Part shown: piece by piece, positions 55,920-64,000 of the stretch | Position numbering within the stretch: position 1 is the first letter of the stretch | How the letters are laid out: each line of letters starts with the position of its first letter | Source: Eledone cirrhosa | Taxonomy: Eukaryota | Direction: 5' to 3' | DNA length: 64,000 bases | Assembly: GCA_964016885.1 (NCBI GenBank) | Contig: OZ024763.1 | Span: 2,728,001 to 2,792,000, forward strand | Program-made: the position numbers and the translations under genes | Notes under the pieces: generated by a model | What the model was told of the DNA's origin: nothing | The model's database searches: none | Seen by the model: the letters and a program-made list of their open reading frames with translations, nothing else

Positions 55920-56791
55920 GTAAGTCGTGTCATTTACTGAATAAAGTACCAGTAATGTACTGGGATTGATTTAATTGACTTTACCCTCTTCCCCTGGGAA
56001 ATTACTGGCCTTGTGCCTATATCAGAAACAATTATTATTAATTATTAAGGGAGGTGGATTGCAGCAATTGGTAGAGCGTCAGACAACATGTTCAAATCTC
56101 GCAGAGGTTAGCTTTGCCTTTCATCCTTGCGGGGTCAATAAAATAAAGTACCAGTAATACACTGATACAATATTCCCCCTGGACAGGATGCCAGTCCATC
56201 GCAGGGTTAAACCCCCAGCTTTTGCTGGTACTCATTTTCAGCTGAGTATACTGGAGCAACGTGAAATGAATTGTTTTGCTCAAGAACTCAACACACAACC
56301 CAATCCAGGAATCAAACCCACAAATTATGATCGTAAGTCCAACACACTTACCACTAAGCCACGCACCTCGACAGAAATATGGTCACACACAAGTGTTATC
56401 CCAGTTACCGTGGCATGAAGCAACTGAAAGTACAAGACTTCCCCTGGACAGGACACCAGTCCATCGCAGGTTTAAACCCTCCAGCTATTGCTGCTGGTAC
56501 TCATTTTCAGCTGAGTATACTGGGGTAACGTACAACATTATGCTCCTAAGTCCAACACCCTTACCACTGGGGTAACGTGATATGAAGTGTTTTGCTCCAG
56601 AACACAACACACAACCCAGGCCAGGAATCAAACCCTCAGCTTATGTTTATCATAAATCCAACACCCTTACCACCTTCCTACCAACATGACTAACGATATT
56701 GCGAAATTGATGAATAAATAAATTTATATTTTCTGGATTGTTCTAAATAATAATTTATTAAATATTGTTTTTCTTCTTTTCTCTCCCCTAG

Positions 56792-56878
56792 GGACCAGAT
56801 TTTCGGGAATTTGTCCTCACAAAACTCATCAATGCTGAACTAGCTTGTTTCAATGCAGCACAATTTGCTAAACTTGGG
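56792..56878 (+). CDS. Rap1GAP: Rap1GAP exon ([29 protein letters not shown])
   Basis: cctag acceptor, GGG|GTAAAA donor; [11 protein letters not shown] motif. Confidence 0.96.
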
Positions 56879-57537
56879 GTAAAATATATTTTTAATCTTA
56901 ATTTCAAATGTGTGACATCGTCCCCTCCTCCCACATAGACTTCAGTCCCTTACAATCACCTGTCGGTTGAGCAAGTTATTTTACCTGGAGAGTCGGACAA
57001 GATGCCTTGTGGTGTTACATCCAGCTCCTTGCTTTCTGAATTCAAATCCCGTTAAGGTTAACTTTGCCTCTCATCCCTACAGGGTCGATAAAATAAAGTA
57101 CCAGTAATGTACTGGGGGTAGATTTAATCAACTTTCCTCCTCCCTCAAAATGATTGGTCTTGTGCCTAAATCAGAAACCATTATCATCATCATCATCATC
57201 ATTATTTGCAATGCATTTTCTTATGGCACCAGTACAACCACATTACAGAATGGACTGGGTGCTTTTTGTCATGGCATGCAAATGGCCACTTTACTGAGTG
57301 GACTGGGTACTTTTTTGTTGTGGCACCCGAATGGCCACTTTACCGAGTGGACTGGGTGCTTTTTGTCATGGCACCCGAATGGCCACTTTACAGAGTGGAC
57401 TGGGTGTTTTTTTTTTTTGTCGTGGCCCCAATATGAGGACTTTACACATTAAAACATTAAAAACCCTCCAGCCCTTCACCTCTGTGTTACCTTCATCTGT
57501 ATCAGTCAGTAAATTCTTCCCTTTCAATCTAATTCAG

Positions 57538-57774
57538 GACCGAACCCGTGCTGCTTTATTAGACACTCTCTACGATGATCTGGATAAAAGTAATGCAGAG
57601 ATCTTCGGAGTATCCGGTTCTAAGCAGGAAGGAATGAAATTTATAAACTCTTTCAAGAGAGTTCTGAGTGGGAAGACCAGGACGCAACCCCTCGATTGTC
57701 GAGACAACAGGAAGTCCAATGGTCTACCAGCACATTTGCCAACAGTCGGGGAAGATGAGAAAACTCCACCAGTG
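57538..57774 (+). CDS. Rap1GAP: Rap1GAP exon (DRTRAALLDTLYDDL...TVGEDEKTPPV), end of GAP domain
   Basis: ttcag acceptor, GTG|GTAAGT donor; RTRAALL.TLY motif. Confidence 0.95.
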
Positions 57775-57872
57775 GTAAGTATTGAGATAATTAAGGTCAT
57801 CGTTAACTCTTAATGACCTTACTGCATGAAACATTTGAATTAACAAACCACATTAACAAGACTTTCTTTAAA

Positions 57873-58928
57873 AGTACAAAACAACACTATAACTACATCA
57901 CATTAAATATTAAAGTCTTTGCTGTAACACTGTAAATATTCACAACAATCTGTCCACCAGTAAAGATACTATAAACATTTAGCACAAAACAACACTATGA
58001 CTACATCACATTAAATATTAAAGTCTTTACTGTAATACTGTAAATATTCACAACAATCTGTCCACCAGTAAGGATACTATAAACATTTAGTACAAAACAA
58101 CACTATGACTACATCACATTAAATATTAAAGTCTTTGCTAAATACTGTAAATATTCACAACAATCTGTCCACCAGTAAAGATACTATAAACATTTAGTAC
58201 AAAACAACACTATGACTACATCACATTAAATATTAAAGTCTTTGCTAAATACTGTAAATATTCACAACAATCTGTCCACCAGTAAAGATACTATAAACAT
58301 TTAGTACAAAACAACACTATGACTACATCACATTAAATATTAAAGTCTTTGCTAAGTACTGTAAATATTCACAACAATCTTTCTACCAGTAAAGATACTA
58401 TAAACATTTAGTACAAAACAACACTATGACTGCATCACATTAAATATTAAAGTCCTTATTCTAAAACTGTAAATGTTCACAAAGATATATCCACCAGTAA
58501 AGATACTATAAACATTTAGTACAAAACAACACTATGACTACATCACATTAAATATTAAAGTCTTTGCTAAATACTGTAAATATTCACAACAATCTGTCCA
58601 CCAGTAAAGATACTATAAACATTTAGTACAAAACAACACTATGACTACATCACATTAAATATTAAAGTCTTTGCTAAATACTGTAAATATTCACAACAAT
58701 CTTTCTACCAGTAAAGATACTATAAACATTTAGTACAAAACAACACTATGACTGCATCACATTAAATATTAAAGTCCTTACTGTAATACTGTAAATATTC
58801 ACAACAATCTTTCTACCAGTAAAGATACTATAAACATTTAGTACAAAACAACACTATGACTGCATCACATTAAATATTAAAGTCCTTATTCTAAAACTGT
58901 AAATGTTCACAAAGATATATCCACCAGT
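57873..58928. repeat. 107-108-bp tandem repeat (~10 copies)
   Basis: CAAAACAACACTATGACTACATCACATTAAATATTAAAGTC... periodicity. Confidence 0.96.
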
Positions 58929-59447
58929 ATGACAGTGAACTGGCAGTCATTGGCAGTGAACTGACAGTGAACTGGCAGTCATTAGAACATCAGATAGAAG
59001 GAGTTGCAGTATTTGTTCCCGCTCTCTGCTTTCCGAGTTCAAATCCCGTCGAGGTCAATTTTGCATTTCATCCTTTTGAGGTCAATAAAAAAAAGTACCA
59101 GTCAAGTACTGGGGGGGGGGGAATCGATTCTTCCTCTGTATCGTTCTCATTTCCTCTCTCTCTAACTGTCTCTCTATCCTTCCCTGGAAGAAATCTGCTG
59201 TATTCAGACCTGAAAAGACGATGGGCTCCACCAGATGTTTAAAGATGCCCTAGATACACCATATGTCAATACAACACCCCTACAGTTCTCTCAAGAGTTA
59301 TGGTACCATACCATACCATATCATACCATACCATATCATACCTAGGATACTATAGACATAGGAATTTACAAAACCCTGTTTTTAGATATTTTCTTCTTGT
59401 TACCATAGTTACTATCCCCTTCTTTTTTGTGTTTTTTTCCTCTCCAG

Positions 59448-59521
59448 GCCAAGAAATCACCAACAAATTTCAACAGTTTAACTCGCAACTTCTCCGGAGG
59501 TTTTGACAAGAAGAATAAAAT
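59448..59521 (+). CDS. Rap1GAP: Rap1GAP C-terminal exon ([24 protein letters not shown])
   Basis: Strong pyrimidine tract+CAG, AT|GTATGT donor, phase 0-2 compatible with both neighbours. Confidence 0.75.
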
Positions 59522-59733
59522 GTATGTATATATAAAAACATGCATATATATATATGTATATGTATAACAAATATATGTGTATATAAAAACAAATATATAT
59601 ATAAAACAAATATATGTATTTATATAAAATAAATATATGTATATATATAAAACAAATATATGTATATATATAGTATAAATATATGTATATATATATAAAT
59701 GTAATATATGTATATATATATATATAAATGTAA

Positions 59734-59792
<59 letters not shown>

Positions 59793-61664
59793 TAAATATA
59801 TATATAAAATAAATATGTCAATGTGCGTGAACGACCAAGCATGGACGAGTTAAGAAAGAAACTGGGTATAAGAGGGATAAGTTGTGGTGTGCAGGAGAGA
59901 AGGCTGAGATGGTATGGGTATGTGATGCGCATGGAGGATGACCGCTGGGTAAAGAAGTGCCAAGAAATCCCAGTAGAAGGAAGAGACAGTAGAGGTAGAC
60001 CACGAAAAACATGGGTAGAGGTGGTAGAAGCCATTTCTATATTAAATATTTATACACTGCTATGTATTGAGTACCTTACTTACTGTGGTTACCCCCGATT
60101 GAACCCGGGATAAACACACACACACACATTTATATGTAATTAATTTAGAATAAGACATTTTTTAATAACAAAACTGATAAAGGTATGTGAAGAAGGTATT
60201 ACAGCTCAAAATATTAGATTTATTACAGTAAACTACTCAGAAGGCTTCATACAAGATTTACTTTTATGAACTCCTTATTTCAGATGTTTAAGTAGACTTA
60301 TAGAGCAAATATAACATTGAAAATAAGACCAAAGACTGTAAATTATATCATGTTTTAATTAACATATGTTTCTTCCATCTCATAAAATATATAATTATTA
60401 ATTAGTTAATTATATGAACAAATGATTGGACTAATCAGAATTAATTAAAAAAACAAGAAACATTTTTATCTCTTGGATTCATTTTGTTTGTAAGATTACC
60501 CCATTTACAAAATGAAACAAAGAGGTAAAAATGTTTCTTGTATTTTTACCGTTTCTATGAAAACCTAGAACAATGTTTCCCCCGCCCCCCAGTCTAAATC
60601 TTGTCCCACCTGAAGTATCTGACTTTATTTGCTTGTTTATTTATCTTACTTGCAATGAAAGCATGTTTATATATTTCTGGCACAGTTTTGTAAACTAACC
60701 AGCCCCACCCTCCTAGTTCTACACTTTACACATCAAACTTTCTTTACTGACTTTTAATATCTCAAATACTCATCACCATCATCATCATATGTATCATAGA
60801 TTTTGAATTGAGGTTTTGTAGGTCCAGTAGATAAGTCACACCTCCATGTCCATATCACATTTATGAGGAGGGGGAATGTGATTCATACTCAACTATATAC
60901 AATATATATACATCATCATCATCATCATCATCATAGTTTAATGCTTATTTGTCCATGTTTACATGGGTTAGACAGATCTTCCACATCATGAGACAAGTCT
61001 GGCCAGATGGCCATGCCATACCTTACACAATATTGGGACTGTTGCTGTGATTTGGGATCTGGATGGTTCCATTATGAGGGTGGTTAGGCCAGTTGGCCTC
61101 ACAAAGCCGTTATGAGGAGGGTTTGACCAAGTTGGCCATATAGAGATACTTACATACATCATTTACAATGTACCATATATTTTAAATTGAGGTTTTGTAG
61201 GTGCAGTGTATAAGTCACATTTTGACTTATACGCCAATCAATGGTTTACCCTGAGCTGATCAATATTGCAGCAATTGTAATAGGCCAATAAATTTTATAT
61301 ATAAATTTTATACATTCAACTGAGCATGGCTGCTTCTCGAACAGTACAACATATGTATATATATCATCATCATCATCATCATTTAACGTCCATTTTCCAC
61401 GCTAATATGGGTTAGAAGGGTTGTCACATTAGAGGTAAGTTGGGTCAGGTGACCATGTCTTGCTCATACATAAATGTTTCTGGATAGATTTCTACAGCTG
61501 GATGCCCTTCCTAACACCAACAACCACATTTATAGTGTGTGCTGGGTACCATATATTTTAAATTGAGGTTTTGTAGGTCCCCCAAAATAATTGACATTTC
61601 GGTTTTTGAAGTTGTATTTTTGTAGAAATAAACAACAAGGTGCGACTTCAACACCAATACACCA

Positions 61665-61709
<45 letters not shown>

Positions 61710-62046
61710 CATATACATATATACATATATATATATATTTCGTTTCTGAATTTGTTTAGCAAGATTCTTTATCTGAAATCGTGTGTTGAAACCGATATTG
61801 TTATACTTTGGGAGGGTCATGTTGCCAATAAGAAACACACGCACCAGCCAACCAACCAGAAATTTATAAGTTTGTAGATTTGTAAATTTATAAATTTATA
61901 AATATATAATAAATTGAAGTGAAAGCAACTGGTGCGTGTGTTTCTTATTGGCAACATGACCCTCCCAAAGTATAACAATATATATATATATATATATATG
62001 GTATATTTCATCGTTAATCAACTGTTTTCATTCTAATTTGTCCTAG

Positions 62047-62145
62047 GAATCGAATTGATAGTCAGAGCAGCCAGTCAACGTATCGAACATGCAGTACACC
62101 CCCCAGCCCACAGTCGAGTCCCAGCAGCTCAAACTCTACATCAAG
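62047..62145 (+). CDS. Rap1GAP: Rap1GAP C-terminal Ser/Pro-rich exon ([33 protein letters not shown]); gene continues beyond window
   Basis: cctag acceptor, AG|GTATTC donor, phase 2-2, open frame. Confidence 0.78.
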
Positions 62146-62159
62146 GTATTCACAAAATA

Positions 62160-62296
62160 AACACAGACAAAAAAAAAAACAGACAAAAAAAACACAGACA
62201 AAAAAAACACAGACAAAAAAAACACAGACAAAAAAAACACAGACAAAAAAAACACAGACAAAAAAAACACAGACAAAAAAAAACAGACAAAAAAAA
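62160..62296. repeat. 15-bp A-rich tandem repeat
   Basis: ACACAGACAAAAAAA x ~9. Confidence 0.9.
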
Positions 62297-62402
62297 TTAT
62301 CAAAAAATTGTTGCTCATGTATATATATATATATATATATATACATACATATATACACACACACTATTTATATATATATACACACACACTATTTATATAT
62401 GC

Positions 62403-62433
<31 letters not shown>

Positions 62434-62523
62434 TATATATATATTTAAAAATATATATATATATATATATACACATACACTATATATATATGCATATATA
62501 TATACACTATATATATATATATA

Positions 62524-62586
<63 letters not shown>

Positions 62587-62742
62587 TATATAACGGAGGA
62601 AATGTGGTAAGGAACCAGGTGGACCATAACGCACCAAAGTACTCAATACTTAGGGTAGTAGAGTGGGTAATAGTCCAGAATTAGCCGTCAAAACGGCTTG
62701 AGCTCAGCCGTCGGGGTCCTACTCGTTCCTATAAATATATAT

Positions 62743-62775
<33 letters not shown>

Positions 62776-63250
62776 CACACACATTATATATATATATATA
62801 TATATGTATATACACTCACACTATATATATATGTATATATATATACATATATTTATATACACATACACATGTATATGTATATATGCATATATATATAGTG
62901 TCTGTATATATATATATGTATGTATAAACATGTATGTATATATGTATATATATATATATATATTATATCCCTTCAAATGGAAAGTATTTAGATGAAACAG
63001 TGTTGTACCATGGAACCAGGGGTGGGTTGAGTTCAGTCAATTTGATATGAAAAGGTTTAAGAAATTTATAGGGTGGAAACAAAGAAGAAGATGGACAATA
63101 AACTTGACCCCTCTTACCTCATCAACCTTTAACACGCTCTCGGCGACATGTGGTAGAGTAATCTCCTCTCAATAGATAATGCAGAGACAACTCATAAAAA
63201 TTACTAGTGCACTAAAGGTTAATCTGTTGACTGCCGTGTATACATTACAT

Positions 63251-63810
63251 TGTTGGAAAGGAGTTCAAAACTTTGAAGTTATGAACTGTTGGAAAGGAGT
63301 TCATAACTTTGAAGTTATGAACTGTTGGAAAGGAGTTTATAACTTTGAAGTTATGAACTGTTGGAAAGGAGTTCATAACTTTGAAGTTATGAACTGTTGG
63401 AAAGGAGTTCATAACTTTGAAGTTATGAACTGTTGGAAAGGAGTTCATAGCTATGAAGTTATGAACTGTTGGAAAGGAGTTCATAACTTTGAAGTTAAGA
63501 ACTGTTGGAAAGGAGTTCATAACTTTGAAGTTATGAACTGTTGGAAAGGAGTTCACAACTTTGAAGTTATGAACTGTTGGAAAGGAGTTCATAACTTTGA
63601 AGTTATGAACTGTTGGAAAGGAGTTCACAACTTTGAAGTTATGAACTGTTGGAAAGGACTTCATAACTTTGAAGTTATGAACTGTTGGAAAGGAGTTCAT
63701 AGCTTTGAAGTTATGAACTGTTGGAAAGGAGTTCACAACTTTGAAGTTATGAACTGTTGGAAAGGACTTCACAACTTTGAAGTTATGAACTGTTGGAAAG
63801 GAGTTCAAAC
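63251..63810. repeat. 36-bp minisatellite with internal palindrome (~15 copies)
   Basis: TGTTGGAAAGGAGTTCATAACTTTGAAGTTATGAAC. Confidence 0.96.
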
Positions 63811-64000
63811 ATGTTAGGAGGAGTTATCTCGTCTTCAGCACTGAAGAGTTTAAGATATTTTTATCAAATTAGTTGTTTCATTACATATTTCTAACACAGA
63901 CATTATCTTCGCTGCATGAGGTTTATTCATTTCACATGTTGCATTTTGTATAACTCCAAAAAGCTTTTACACACTTTTACACACTTTAATCCTGCTGTAT

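Noticed and set aside
63179-63817. 212-aa repeat ORF / CRISPR-like palindromic repeat
   Set aside because: 36-bp minisatellite without spacers, eukaryotic context, no cas genes

Overview
AT-rich, microsatellite-saturated animal genomic DNA. The repeat families and intron style suggest a coleoid cephalopod (octopus-like); this taxon call is an inference. Nearly all ORFs in the supplied track are artefacts of simple or tandem repeats. The window lies inside one large plus-strand gene. I read 18 GT-AG exons (6870-62145, 1941 nt, phases consistent throughout) encoding a Rap1GAP-family protein: a LIM-like C-terminal fragment, two GoLoco motifs, a complete RapGAP domain with the intact catalytic Asn (KRHIGND) and a Ser/Pro-rich tail. 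The start and stop codons lie outside the window. Introns hold many minisatellite arrays, tRNA-SINEs, RTE and CR1-type LINE 3' ends, a deleted mariner, MITEs and a Helitron. They also hold many short elements inserted into (TA)n tracts that carry minimal type I hammerhead ribozymes (5 structurally complete, several truncated or degenerate) and fold-back inverted repeats, consistent with Penelope-like element/retrozyme relics.
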